Counted from the stretch's first letter, positions 46,146 to 55,553 are shown. The stretch is DNA of 64,000 bases from Chitinophagaceae bacterium (GCA_035298945.1 DATGXN010000007.1:1479-65478), one strand, 5' to 3'. Notes: generated from the sequence alone by a model not told the origin. Made by a program: numbers and translations.

Positions 46146-49100
46146 ATGGCATTATCGCACCTTTTGAAATTCATATACAATAGCGGAACAGATGAAGTGA
46201 TCCGTAGAGGCAAGAAGATCCACGCTATTGGTTTCGTAGAATTCATCGAACACGACGAGTTGCTCAACACCGTCACCTTCCGGGTGAAGGATGATAATTA
46301 CAACACGTATTATAAGGTGTATGTGCAGAAGTATAAGGATCCCAAAACCTTATCCATCCGTTGCAGCTGCCCCTATAACCTGGGTGATATCTGCCGCCAC
46401 GAAGCAGCCGCCCTATTACAATTGCAGGAGTTATTAGATAAGAACATCCTTGGGGAAAAAGGGATCGTATACCACCAACGGCATACGGTAATCAAAATGA
46501 AGCATATCGACCTTAAGACGGTTCGCATGCTTACAGATCCGGAAGCGTATTCGGCAGCAGAAGTGTACCTGCGTACACAGAAGGCCAATATTGTGCAGGC
46601 CAAAGATGAGAGAGTGGAAGCGTCAATGGAATTTGACGGTGAGATCTACCCGGTTGTGATCCAAAAAAATGAAGAAAGGAATTTTGATACCTCCTGCAAA
46701 TGCAAGGAAGAAAATCATCCTATCTGTATCCATAAAGCTATCCTGTTTGTTCAGTTATTGAATGCTTACGGTCCTAATTACTTTGATTCGATCCGTAACT
46801 GGGAGAAAGAAAAGAACAAGCTCCTTGAAGCATATGGTTACAGCACTAAAGATGATGGCTGGGAAAAGAAATTCGAATTTGCATATAAAGACGGGAAGCC
46901 TTTCCTGCGTGTTCTGGATCCGGCAGTGAAAAGAGTAGTTCCTGTAGCCAATGCATACAGGCCAAAAGTTGAAGTGAGGCAGGTGGTTGAAGAATCTCCA
47001 GCGGAGATCACGGTGATACCGCCCTCCCAAAAGCTGGGAATAGTATTCAATAATAATCACAAGACATTCCCAGGGTTCACTATCGAAGTGGTCACTGGGG
47101 AATGCTCGGACTCGGGCAAAAGCTTTACCGGCAAAGTAGAAAAGATTGACCTCGGGAAGTTTGTCAATATTGAGGGGATGTCGGAAGACGACAGTTCGCT
47201 GATCCAGCAGCTCAGGAAATTTCACCAGACGGAGATCAATAAATTCATCAGCCGCAACTCGCCATTCTCTGGCATCTGGGAGAATATCATCCAGCAGGAA
47301 GATGAAGAGCTTGCAGATGATACCAAAGCATTGATCGTAGAGTACATGCTCCCTAAACTCAGAAAGATCTTCAGGGAGAACAAAGACAAGACGCCATTTT
47401 ATATCCTTCCGAAAGGAAAGAATTTCGTGACCGCCAACATGCGACAGGTTGAGGTATCTATCGATCCCCTCAGACCGGCTTTCCGCGTTTATCCCGAAAA
47501 GAAAAAAGTTGTGGTGGAATGCGTGGCACGAGTCAATGAGCTGGAAATCGAGTTGAAAGAAAATGAATGGAAGAGTGACTGGCTCATGCTTTACAATGAA
47601 GTGTTGTACATATGGGATAAAGAAGAAGATTTTGCGGTAGTGCAGGATTTTCTGCCCAATGGAAAAATTGTTGTTGAAGAAGAAGATTTCAGTACGTATT
47701 TACAGAAAAAGATCACTCCACTCACCAGGGATTACCATGTGGAATTTGATAAAGCACTTGTGCTAGATGTAAAAGATGGTGAGCCGGAGATCAGGCTTCA
47801 ATTACAGGAGAAAGGGGATTATCTTCTTTTTGTACCTCTGTTCAGTTATAAAGGTTACGAGATCAAATACAACGATAAGGATAACATCACCATTCCTCTG
47901 GATGGCAAGGTGATGATGATCAACCGTAACAAGCAGGCAGAGCTCGGATTTATCCGCAAACTGGAAAACCTGCATAGTAATTTCCTGCATCCAGACAACG
48001 GTGCCCTGGTGTTGAAAGGAAGTGATGTGTTGAAGAACAATTGGTTCTTCCTGTTCGTGGATGCAATGAAGGATATGGAAGTGCCGGTAATTGGTTTCGA
48101 TGTACTGAAGAATTTCAAGTTCAATACCGAAAAGCCCAATACCAAGATCCGGATCTCAAGCGGGATGGACTGGTTTGATGCCAAGGTGGACGTGGTATTC
48201 GGTGATCAGCATGTAAGTATTTCCGAGATCAAAAGAGCGCTGACCAATAAGCAGCAGTTCGTTCAATTGAATGATGGCACCCTGGGTATTTTACCTGAGG
48301 AATGGCTGAAGAAATATTCATTGTTGTTCCGTGTGGGTGAAGGCAAGAACCATGACCTGCGGCTGTCTAAATATCATCTCAGCATAATAGATGAACTGTT
48401 CGATCAGCGTAACGAGGAAGAAGTGGCGATAGAATTGGAAGAGCGTTATGAAAGGTTGCGAAGCTTTAACCGGATCAAGGAAGTAGATCCTCCTAAAGAA
48501 CTGGAACATATTCTGCGCCCCTACCAGGTGGCCGGTTACCACTGGCTCAATTACCTGAGTGAAGTAGGATGGGGAGGAATACTTGCAGATGATATGGGAC
48601 TTGGTAAAACGGTACAAGCGCTCTCATTCATCCAGTTTCTGAAGGAAAAGCAAGGTAAGATGCAGGGCCTGGTGGTTTGTCCTACCACGCTGATGTTCAA
48701 CTGGGAGAATGAGATCAAGAAATTCACGCCCGAGCTGAAGTATATTATTCATCATGGTGGCGACAGGAGCAGGGACAAGAAAACTTTCACGGAAGTGGAT
48801 GTGATCATCACTACCTATGGTACTTTAAGGAGCGATATAAAACTGTTGGTGGACATTGAGTTCGACTTTGTGATCCTTGATGAATCACAGGCGATCAAAA
48901 ATCCGCACAGTAAAGTGACCAAAGCAGCGTCTTTATTGCGTTCCAAGAACAGGCTCTGTCTCAGTGGTACCCCACTTCAGAATAATACATTTGATATTTA
49001 CGCGCAGATGAACTTTCTCAATCCCGGCATGCTGGGAAGTGTGGAGTTCTTCCGTAACGAATTTGCGACGCCCATTGACAAGTTCGGGGAGCCGGAGCAA

Positions 49101-49901
49101 AAAGATCATCTTAAGAAACTTCTCTACCCTTTCATCCTGCGCCGTACCAAGGAACAGGTGGCAAAGGATCTTCCGGATAAAACGGAAACCATCCTGTTCT
49201 GTGAGATGGAAGATGAACAGCGTAAGATCTACGATGCATTCAGAAACGATTATCGTAATAAGATCATGGGTGTGATCAGTGAGCAGGGTATTGAAAGATC
49301 TCAACTGACGATCCTGCAGGGATTGATGAAGCTTAGGCAGATTTGTGATTCGCCATATATCATGAATGATGTTGACAAGTATCCCAATGTTTCCATCAAG
49401 CTGGAAGAATTGGGCCGCGAGATCACTGAAAATATCGGCCATCACAAGGCACTTATATTTTCACAATTCCTGGGTATGCTGGCTTTGATCAGGGCTAAGC
49501 TTGAAGAGCTGAATGTGCCTTACGAATATTTTGACGGCAGCACGTCTGCACAGGACCGTGAGAAAGCGATCCGCAGTTTCCAGGATAATGATGAGGTACG
49601 TGTGTTCCTGATATCATTAAAAGCCGGTGGTGTAGGTCTTAACCTGACCGCGGCCGATTATGTATATATTGTTGATCCCTGGTGGAATCCCGCAGTGGAG
49701 CAGCAAGCCATTGACCGGACGCATCGTATCGGTCAGACCAAGAACATATTTGCATACCGCATGATCTGTAAGGATACCATAGAAGATAAGATCCTTCAGC
49801 TGCAGGAAAAAAAGAGATCACTTGCCAAAGACCTGATCGCTGATGATGCCACCTTTGTGAAGTCATTGAGCAGGGAAGATGTTGAATACCTGTTCAGTTA
49901 A
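46146..49901 (+). CDS. SWIM zinc-finger SNF2-family helicase/ATPase
   Basis: CSCPY....CRH and CKC.....CIH; LADDMGLGKT, DESQ, SGTP, GGVGLNL, QAIDRTHRIGQ. Confidence 0.93.
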   Translation: MALSHLLKFIYNSGTDEVIRRGKKIHAIGFVEFIEHDELLNTVTFRVKDDNYNTYYKVYVQKYKDPKTLSIRCSCPYNLGDICRHEAAALLQLQELLDKNILGEKGIVYHQRHTVIKMKHIDLKTVRMLTDPEAYSAAEVYLRTQKANIVQAKDERVEASMEFDGEIYPVVIQKNEERNFDTSCKCKEENHPICIHKAILFVQLLNAYGPNYFDSIRNWEKEKNKLLEAYGYSTKDDGWEKKFEFAYKDGKPFLRVLDPAVKRVVPVANAYRPKVEVRQVVEESPAEITVIPPSQKLGIVFNNNHKTFPGFTIEVVTGECSDSGKSFTGKVEKIDLGKFVNIEGMSEDDSSLIQQLRKFHQTEINKFISRNSPFSGIWENIIQQEDEELADDTKALIVEYMLPKLRKIFRENKDKTPFYILPKGKNFVTANMRQVEVSIDPLRPAFRVYPEKKKVVVECVARVNELEIELKENEWKSDWLMLYNEVLYIWDKEEDFAVVQDFLPNGKIVVEEEDFSTYLQKKITPLTRDYHVEFDKALVLDVKDGEPEIRLQLQEKGDYLLFVPLFSYKGYEIKYNDKDNITIPLDGKVMMINRNKQAELGFIRKLENLHSNFLHPDNGALVLKGSDVLKNNWFFLFVDAMKDMEVPVIGFDVLKNFKFNTEKPNTKIRISSGMDWFDAKVDVVFGDQHVSISEIKRALTNKQQFVQLNDGTLGILPEEWLKKYSLLFRVGEGKNHDLRLSKYHLSIIDELFDQRNEEEVAIELEERYERLRSFNRIKEVDPPKELEHILRPYQVAGYHWLNYLSEVGWGGILADDMGLGKTVQALSFIQFLKEKQGKMQGLVVCPTTLMFNWENEIKKFTPELKYIIHHGGDRSRDKKTFTEVDVIITTYGTLRSDIKLLVDIEFDFVILDESQAIKNPHSKVTKAASLLRSKNRLCLSGTPLQNNTFDIYAQMNFLNPGMLGSVEFFRNEFATPIDKFGEPEQKDHLKKLLYPFILRRTKEQVAKDLPDKTETILFCEMEDEQRKIYDAFRNDYRNKIMGVISEQGIERSQLTILQGLMKLRQICDSPYIMNDVDKYPNVSIKLEELGREITENIGHHKALIFSQFLGMLALIRAKLEELNVPYEYFDGSTSAQDREKAIRSFQDNDEVRVFLISLKAGGVGLNLTAADYVYIVDPWWNPAVEQQAIDRTHRIGQTKNIFAYRMICKDTIEDKILQLQEKKRSLAKDLIADDATFVKSLSREDVEYLFS

Positions 49902-49924
49902 AGTTTTTCTTCTATGTTTCTTTA

Positions 49925-49971
49925 AGTGTGCTGGCCGGTTAGTGAGTTAGCCGGGAAGTGCATTAGATAAG
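49925..49971 (+). repeat. Left 47-bp inverted repeat
   Basis: 42/47 identical to the reverse complement of 50566-50612. Confidence 0.85.
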
Positions 49972-50017
49972 CGGGTTAGGTGAATACAGGCCGCCTGTTT
50001 AAAAGCGATATAGACCA

Positions 50018-50512
50018 ATGAGGATGCTTTCTATTTTACTTGCAGTTTTGTTTTCATTCAATTGTTTTGGACAAGGCTATCTGAAGCCAAATGAACAGAT
50101 TATTTTATCTTTTCAGATCAATGGTGGCAAGCAGGTGTTTTTGGTAAAAGACAGGGGAGACAAATATATTTCCTATAGGTTCGGCACAAAGGACAAAGTT
50201 GAATTTGAATACCCCGGGATTAACAAGCACAGCCTGGAAAGATTTACTTATTCGTATTATATCAGAGGCGGAGGCAAGGCAAATGAAGCCATGGATTTGA
50301 ACTATTTGTATTTTACCAACGGGGGCTATCAGTATGTGTTGTATCAGAATTATTTCGCTGCAGAAGAAAAACTAGAAGTTGGCATCAAGGTGACTGATCT
50401 GGAAAAGAAGAAAACTGTTGACATCAAAGGTGATGTCAAAACAAAAAAAGGAACACTTGTGGATTTTAGGGACAATGGCCTTGTGAAAATAGGTGACGAT
50501 CTTTTTGACTAA
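50018..50512 (+). CDS. Secreted hypothetical protein between inverted repeats
   Basis: Signal peptide MRMLSILLAVLFSFNCFG; beta-rich 164-aa ORF; YRFG and YIRGGG..N..MDLNYL motifs. Confidence 0.75.
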   Translation: MRMLSILLAVLFSFNCFGQGYLKPNEQIILSFQINGGKQVFLVKDRGDKYISYRFGTKDKVEFEYPGINKHSLERFTYSYYIRGGGKANEAMDLNYLYFTNGGYQYVLYQNYFAAEEKLEVGIKVTDLEKKKTVDIKGDVKTKKGTLVDFRDNGLVKIGDDLFD

Positions 50513-50565
50513 TGAGCCCTGGATCAATGCAGAAGCCTGCGTTTGAGCATTGAGAATCTTTCATA

Positions 50566-50612
50566 CTTATCCAATGCATTAGCCGGCTAACACACTAACC
50601 GGCCAGCACACT
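50566..50612 (-). repeat. Right 47-bp inverted repeat
   Basis: Reverse complement of the left repeat; begins within the TAG stop codon of the barrel gene. Confidence 0.85.
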
Positions 50613-53421
50613 ACCGGATGATTCTTATTCCTCCTGCACCTTTATTGGATTCAAGCCCTGACTTGGACAGGCTATAGGTAAAACTCAGCATAACATAGCG
50701 GCGAAGGATATTGGTACGGGTATCTTCGATATAATTATTATTGCTTGTTCTATTGATCCCAACATTCTGGTTCAGAAGATCGAATACCCGAACCTTCATT
50801 TCTGCGCGGTTGTATTTAAGGAACTGCCTGCTTAAAGAGGCGTTCCATAAGGGGACATTGGCATTGAATCCTTCGGCACGTTGTGTGTTGACCAGGTAAG
50901 TGAAGTCTGTTGCGAAATAGAAATTCCTGGGCATCTGCCAGTTCAGGTATGAGCCGATCTCGTGCGTAAAATATTTTGTGTTCAGGGTGGGTTGAAGTGA
51001 GTATCTGGTATGATACATGCTCGACGAATAGTTTATGCCGAGATTAAGTTTATCAAGGGCATTATTTTCTATCCGGATCTCGGGCCTCAATTGGTAGGTA
51101 TTGATATTGTTTCTGTTCCTGTTGATGAACTGTATGTCTTTGGACAAGCCACCATTCAATCCAAGATTGAGTGTGGTCCTTTTGATGGATGTTATTGGAA
51201 ATCCCCAGTTCATATCTCCATTCAGTTGGAAAGTTCCGTTCACGTTGACGGGTATTGTGTATTTCACGCCAAGCGTAGAGATGGAATCGCTGTTTACGAT
51301 CCTGTTGCCCACTTGCCTGTAGGTCAGAAAGGCGAAGAAGTTGGTGCCTTTATATGGGGTGACCGACATGTAATTCATGGTCACCATCTGAATGAATTCC
51401 TGTTTCAGTGCGGGATTACCGATCTTTATGCTTAGGGGGTTACTGATGTCAGGGACGGGTTGCAGTTGGGATATGGCAGGTTGATTTGTGTTTGAGAAAT
51501 AATTGAGATTCAGGTTACGGAATCTCGTGAAATTATATTGGATTCTGGCATTGGGGAGGATGTTGTAAAATTTCTGCGAAAGTAACGTGTCTTTGCCACC
51601 GGCATTCACTTTGCCTTTCAGTACCGCTTCCTGCCACTGGCCTCCTGCTGACACCGAGAATTTTTGTTTCTGGTATCGCAGTTTTGCACCGGCATTCGTG
51701 TAACCGTAAGTGTTAGAGAATACATTCGACAAAAGTTCATTGAATTCGTCAAATTTTCCTGAATTGCTGTTGTAATCATATGTGGTCCGGGATGAATTGG
51801 AGTTTGTATTACTCTTGCTGCCGCTGAGTTCCACTAACATCCTTTTACCCAATGGTTCAGTATAAACCGCCCTGGCAGTATACCCATCCAGGTCTGATGC
51901 GGTGATGTTCTCCTGGTTAATGCTGTCTTTGTATAATAATGATCCGGCATGATCGAAGAAACTATTGATTGATTTCTGCTGGCCATCTCCCTGCATATCA
52001 TTGAGCTGGTTAATCAGGTTGAAAGAAAATGTTCTGCCTTTGCGGCGGAATTTCTTTGTGAAAAGAAGATCGTTACGGAAATTATATCCATTGCTCTGCC
52101 CGAAACCGTAATTAATACCCTCATTGGCCAGTACCTGTTTGTCTGTAAGCGTTTGGTAGGTCGACCTTGAATCAAACGAGGAGGACTGAAGACTGAAAGA
52201 AGGACTGATCTTGAGCGAAGCAGAAGAATCGATCCTGTGCTCAACTGAGAGATTGAAACGATGACCGTTATTGATATTATCCGAAATAGCTTTCTGGTTA
52301 TAGAAATAGGATGAATCCGGAAGAATATACTGGCGTTGTGTGGCTCGTTCTACATATGGGTTAAAGCTGTTGAAGAAATAGTTACTCCTGAAGTCGGTTT
52401 TCTTCCCGATCAGATCGTTATAATTGATGCCCCCGGCTTTTGTGGTATTGATGCCATTGTTGTTGTTCATGCCCAGCAGGCCAGCATTTGGATCATCCGC
52501 GGTAATGTTTATCGAGATGTTCCCGCCGGATTTCTGGATGCCTGAATTGCCGCTGCTGAAATTCAGGATATCCATGATGGAGAACCCCTCAGCGTTGGTG
52601 TTGTTGGCCATGCCTATGGCAGAAAGTTGCCTTTGGTTTTTGAATGAGTTGACATTGAATCGTCCTTCGTAACGTCCATCTGTACCCGCCCCTCCATTTA
52701 TTTTTCCAAACAAGCCTTTTTTCTTGTCTTTTTTCAATTTCAGATTAATGGCTTTCTCACTGTTGCCATCGTCAAACCCGGTCAGTTGTGACTGATCGCT
52801 CATGCGGTCGTACACCTGTACTTTGTCTACTGCATCAGCGGGGAGGTTACGCGTGGCGATCTTGGGATCGTTGCCAAAGAATTCTTTCCCGTCAACGTAT
52901 ACCCGATTCACTTTCTGCCCCTGGGCTTTTACGGTACCATCCTTCTCTACTTTAACGCCGGGAAGTTTCTTCAGCATATCTTCCACATTGGCGTTGGGTT
53001 GTACTTTAAATGAACCCGCGTTATATTCCACGGTATCGGCTTTCAGTGTTACTGGCGGAGCTTCGGCTTCAATCACGATCTCCTCCAGGGTCTTGAATTT
53101 GTCCCCCAATGGAATTTCTCCCAGGTCAATGGATTGTTTATTCTCATCCAATGAGAATTTTCGCTGGCCATTATGGTAATTGACGTGAGTGATCAGCAGA
53201 CGGTAATTGCCTTTCTGAATACCGGTGAGATGGAAATCGCCTTTTGAATCCGTCATAGTGAAACTTACCAATGAAGAGTCTTTGGCGCTCATTAAAGTAA
53301 TAGTAGCTCCCATTACCGGTTGTGCGCTGAGCGTATCTTTTAGTTTTCCTTTAACTGACCCAAGCTGGGCTTTAACAGAAAGAGATGATATAATTGCAAG
53401 TAATAAGACCAGTCTTTTCAT
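50611..53421 (-). CDS. Outer-membrane beta-barrel protein (carboxypeptidase-regulatory-like N-domain, plug-like domain, barrel)
   Basis: Signal peptide; VKGKLKD...GATI.L...TDSKG.F; EDMLKKLPGV; GKEFFG.DP; amphipathic strands; terminal RYVMLSFTY. Confidence 0.85.
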   Translation of the reverse strand: MKRLVLLLAIISSLSVKAQLGSVKGKLKDTLSAQPVMGATITLMSAKDSSLVSFTMTDSKGDFHLTGIQKGNYRLLITHVNYHNGQRKFSLDENKQSIDLGEIPLGDKFKTLEEIVIEAEAPPVTLKADTVEYNAGSFKVQPNANVEDMLKKLPGVKVEKDGTVKAQGQKVNRVYVDGKEFFGNDPKIATRNLPADAVDKVQVYDRMSDQSQLTGFDDGNSEKAINLKLKKDKKKGLFGKINGGAGTDGRYEGRFNVNSFKNQRQLSAIGMANNTNAEGFSIMDILNFSSGNSGIQKSGGNISINITADDPNAGLLGMNNNNGINTTKAGGINYNDLIGKKTDFRSNYFFNSFNPYVERATQRQYILPDSSYFYNQKAISDNINNGHRFNLSVEHRIDSSASLKISPSFSLQSSSFDSRSTYQTLTDKQVLANEGINYGFGQSNGYNFRNDLLFTKKFRRKGRTFSFNLINQLNDMQGDGQQKSINSFFDHAGSLLYKDSINQENITASDLDGYTARAVYTEPLGKRMLVELSGSKSNTNSNSSRTTYDYNSNSGKFDEFNELLSNVFSNTYGYTNAGAKLRYQKQKFSVSAGGQWQEAVLKGKVNAGGKDTLLSQKFYNILPNARIQYNFTRFRNLNLNYFSNTNQPAISQLQPVPDISNPLSIKIGNPALKQEFIQMVTMNYMSVTPYKGTNFFAFLTYRQVGNRIVNSDSISTLGVKYTIPVNVNGTFQLNGDMNWGFPITSIKRTTLNLGLNGGLSKDIQFINRNRNNINTYQLRPEIRIENNALDKLNLGINYSSSMYHTRYSLQPTLNTKYFTHEIGSYLNWQMPRNFYFATDFTYLVNTQRAEGFNANVPLWNASLSRQFLKYNRAEMKVRVFDLLNQNVGINRTSNNNYIEDTRTNILRRYVMLSFTYSLSKSGLESNKGAGGIRIIR

Positions 53422-53438
53422 TATGCCTTTTTCTGGCC

Positions 53439-53504
53439 TAAAACTAGCAATGAAAATAGGCGCCCCCGGTTAACAAAACAGGGTATAAGGTTAATGATTG
53501 TTAA
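53439..53504 (-). promoter_or_regulatory. Promoter with three TTAAC boxes and a -7 element (barrel gene)
   Basis: + strand GGTTAACA-N8-TATAAGGTTAA-N5-GTTAA (53468-53504) and - strand TAGTTTTA (53446-53439); same spacing as at 58376-58441. Confidence 0.75.
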
Positions 53505-53567
53505 TATTTTATATATTTTGTATAATAATCTGTACGCTAATTCGTTACTAACTATAAATCCAGCCAT

Positions 53568-53696
53568 ATGATGCAGAAACTCTTCCTGGGAGATGTCATA
53601 AAGGCATTCTTCCAAAAGCTCATTCAACGACCTGATTACTATGCGATAAAGCATTATGAGAAGGCCAGAAGAAAGTCGACATACATAAGATACTAG
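53568..53696 (+). CDS. Putative 42-aa small protein
   Basis: ATG ATG..TAG ORF MMQKLFLGDVIKAFFQKLIQRPDYYAIKHYEKARRKSTYIRY filling an otherwise empty gap; followed by a terminator. Confidence 0.5.
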   Translation: MMQKLFLGDVIKAFFQKLIQRPDYYAIKHYEKARRKSTYIRY

Positions 53697-53730
53697 CCAG
53701 CACAAAACCTCTGAAACTACGTGTTTGGCG

Positions 53731-53758
53731 CCGTCCCCCTAAAAAGGGACGGTTTTTT
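53731..53758 (+). terminator. Intrinsic terminator
   Basis: CCGTCCC-cctaaaaa-GGGACGG-TTTTTT. Confidence 0.8.
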
Positions 53759-53846
53759 ATTGCATTTAAGGCAAAGGGAATGGACTTAAAAGTGATTGCA
53801 GCAAAGGCCGGTAGTCGCGGTTTTTTTATTTGCTTATCTTGAGGGT

Positions 53847-54482
53847 ATGGAGGGAGTTCGGATTTACCGGTTATCGGAACGGGCTATCACAATATCCTGG
53901 GAATCAAAGATCGACAGGGATATTCATGCATTGGTTCTCGAGACGGATCGCAGATTATGCACAAAACCCTTTGCTGGCTGGATTGAAAATGTTCCTGCAT
54001 ATCATACGCTTACAGTTTATTATGATCCTTTTATAGCAGGATTTGATCCATCAGAATTGTTAGAAGAAGTAGCCACCAGGCATCATGAGAGCGGGCGACT
54101 TGAAGGCCGGCATCTGCGTATTCCTGTGGTGTACAATGGGCCAGACCTGGCCATCGCAGCAGAGAAGCTTAGGATCAATATTGAAAATCTTATCAGCCTG
54201 CATAGTTCAGGGGTTTATCATGTTTACATGCTCGGCTTCATGCCTGGATTTCCTTACATGGGCACGCTTGTTGATGAACTTGTGCTTCCCCGGAAAGATG
54301 TGCCTGCGCCAAAAGTTCCTGCGGGCAGTGTAGCCATAGCTGGCCATCAAACCGGCATTTATCCATTTGAGTCTCCGGGTGGATGGTATGTAATAGGGCA
54401 TACATCGATTCCTTTATTCAGTGCAGGAAAGGCCTATTTTGAACCAGGTGATGAAGTTGAATTTTATTCCATAACAGAATAA
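53847..54482 (+). CDS. pxpB: 5-oxoprolinase subunit B (KipI-like)
   Basis: VPAYHTLTVYYDP, IPVVY.GPDL, LGFMPGFPY, SPGGW..IG. Start moved to ATG 53847. Confidence 0.9.
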   Translation: MEGVRIYRLSERAITISWESKIDRDIHALVLETDRRLCTKPFAGWIENVPAYHTLTVYYDPFIAGFDPSELLEEVATRHHESGRLEGRHLRIPVVYNGPDLAIAAEKLRINIENLISLHSSGVYHVYMLGFMPGFPYMGTLVDELVLPRKDVPAPKVPAGSVAIAGHQTGIYPFESPGGWYVIGHTSIPLFSAGKAYFEPGDEVEFYSITE

Positions 54483-54485
54483 TCC

Positions 54486-55553
54486 ATGTCTGTAACAATT
54501 GTAAAAACCGGAATTTATTGCTCCGTGCAAGACCAGGGTCGCCGGGGATATCAGCGATATGGTGTTCCTGTCAGTGGTGCTATGGATAAGCATGCTGCTG
54601 CGGTGGCTAATCTCTTGTGTGGAAATACTTATGATCTTGCAGTTCTTGAATTTGTGTTGCATGGTGCCAGTATTCAGTTTGATGATGATACCCTCATCGC
54701 ATTCGCAGGGAGTGGCGCGATTCCCGTGGTGATTTCACCGTCCCTCCAACCAGGCTCCCTCCAAGGGCCCGCCCTTGGAGGGAGCCTGGTTGGAGGGACG
54801 GGAAATACTACAGCACTTCCTGTACATAAATGCATCTTCGTTCCGAAAAATACCATTGTTGAGTTGCAGTATTCAGACAAAGGCTGCATGATGTACATGG
54901 CCATTGCAGGGGGTATTGATGTGCCCATGGTGATGGGTAGCCGGAGCATGTACGCACCGGTTGGAGCTGGGGGGAAACAGGTAGCAGGAGGCAGGTTGCA
55001 GGTGGCAGAGATGACTGAAGTTTCCCGGAATATTATTAAAAATATGGTGGGGGATAAGGTTGTGGTTTCTACATGGGGTGCCATCGAACTCATCGAGGAA
55101 GTGGAGACGGATTGCGTCAGGGTAATGCGGGGACATGAATGGGAACAATTCAACAGGGTATCGCAGAACAAGTGGCTGAACGACCGGTTTACGATCAGTA
55201 ACGCTTCAGACAGAATGGGTGTGAAGCTGGAGGGAGGCGGGTTGCAGGTTGCAGGTGGCAGGTTGCAGGCGGCAGGGTATGAAATGATATCAACGGCTGT
55301 GACAATGGGCACGGTGCAGGTTATCCCCGATGGATCGCCATTGATACTAATGGCAGATGCACAGACCACCGGCGGATATCCAAGGATAGCACAGGTGATT
55401 GATGCGGATCTGCCTATACTGGCGCAGAAAAGACCCGGAGATAAGATCCGCTTCAGGGAAGTATCGCCGCTGGTTGCAGAAGAATTATATGTTAACCGCC
55501 AGGAAGAACTGATACGTTTAAAAAGGAATATTAGAACCAAGTTTTCTATATGA
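54486..55553 (+). CDS. pxpC: 5-oxoprolinase subunit C (KipA-like) carrying repeat-derived insertions
   Basis: VQDQGR.GY...GVP.SGAMD, SDRMG..L, GTVQV.PDG.P.IL..DAQTTGGYP. Confidence 0.9.
   Translation: MSVTIVKTGIYCSVQDQGRRGYQRYGVPVSGAMDKHAAAVANLLCGNTYDLAVLEFVLHGASIQFDDDTLIAFAGSGAIPVVISPSLQPGSLQGPALGGSLVGGTGNTTALPVHKCIFVPKNTIVELQYSDKGCMMYMAIAGGIDVPMVMGSRSMYAPVGAGGKQVAGGRLQVAEMTEVSRNIIKNMVGDKVVVSTWGAIELIEEVETDCVRVMRGHEWEQFNRVSQNKWLNDRFTISNASDRMGVKLEGGGLQVAGGRLQAAGYEMISTAVTMGTVQVIPDGSPLILMADAQTTGGYPRIAQVIDADLPILAQKRPGDKIRFREVSPLVAEELYVNRQEELIRLKRNIRTKFSI
54732..54806. repeat. GC-rich perfect palindrome inside pxpC
   Basis: 31-bp arm 54738-54768, CC loop, exact complement 54771-54801; outer ATTTC/GAAAT pairing after a 1-nt bulge. 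Confidence 0.9.
54978..55008 (+). repeat. CAGGTKG heptamer run inside pxpC
   Basis: caggtag caggagg caggttg caggtgg cag, translated QVAGGRLQVA. Confidence 0.8.
55238..55276 (+). repeat. Second CAGGTKG heptamer run inside pxpC
   Basis: cgggttg caggttg caggtgg caggttg caggcgg cagg, translated GLQVAGGRLQAAG. Confidence 0.8.

Noticed and set aside
49925-50612. Integron cassette or IS interpretation of the IR-flanked gene
   Set aside because: No attC-type RYYYAAC...GTTRRRY hairpin downstream, no integrase or transposase, and no evident target-site duplication.
53421-53705. 94-aa minus-strand ORF in the barrel/pxpB gap
   Set aside because: It covers the barrel promoter and is antisense to the better-supported 42-aa ORF with its terminator.
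54674-55540. 288-aa antisense ORF, and other long shadow ORFs such as 28677-29264 and 40225-40752
   Set aside because: They lie opposite or out of frame within well-supported genes and show no protein motifs; PATCNLP repeats simply mirror the heptamer run.
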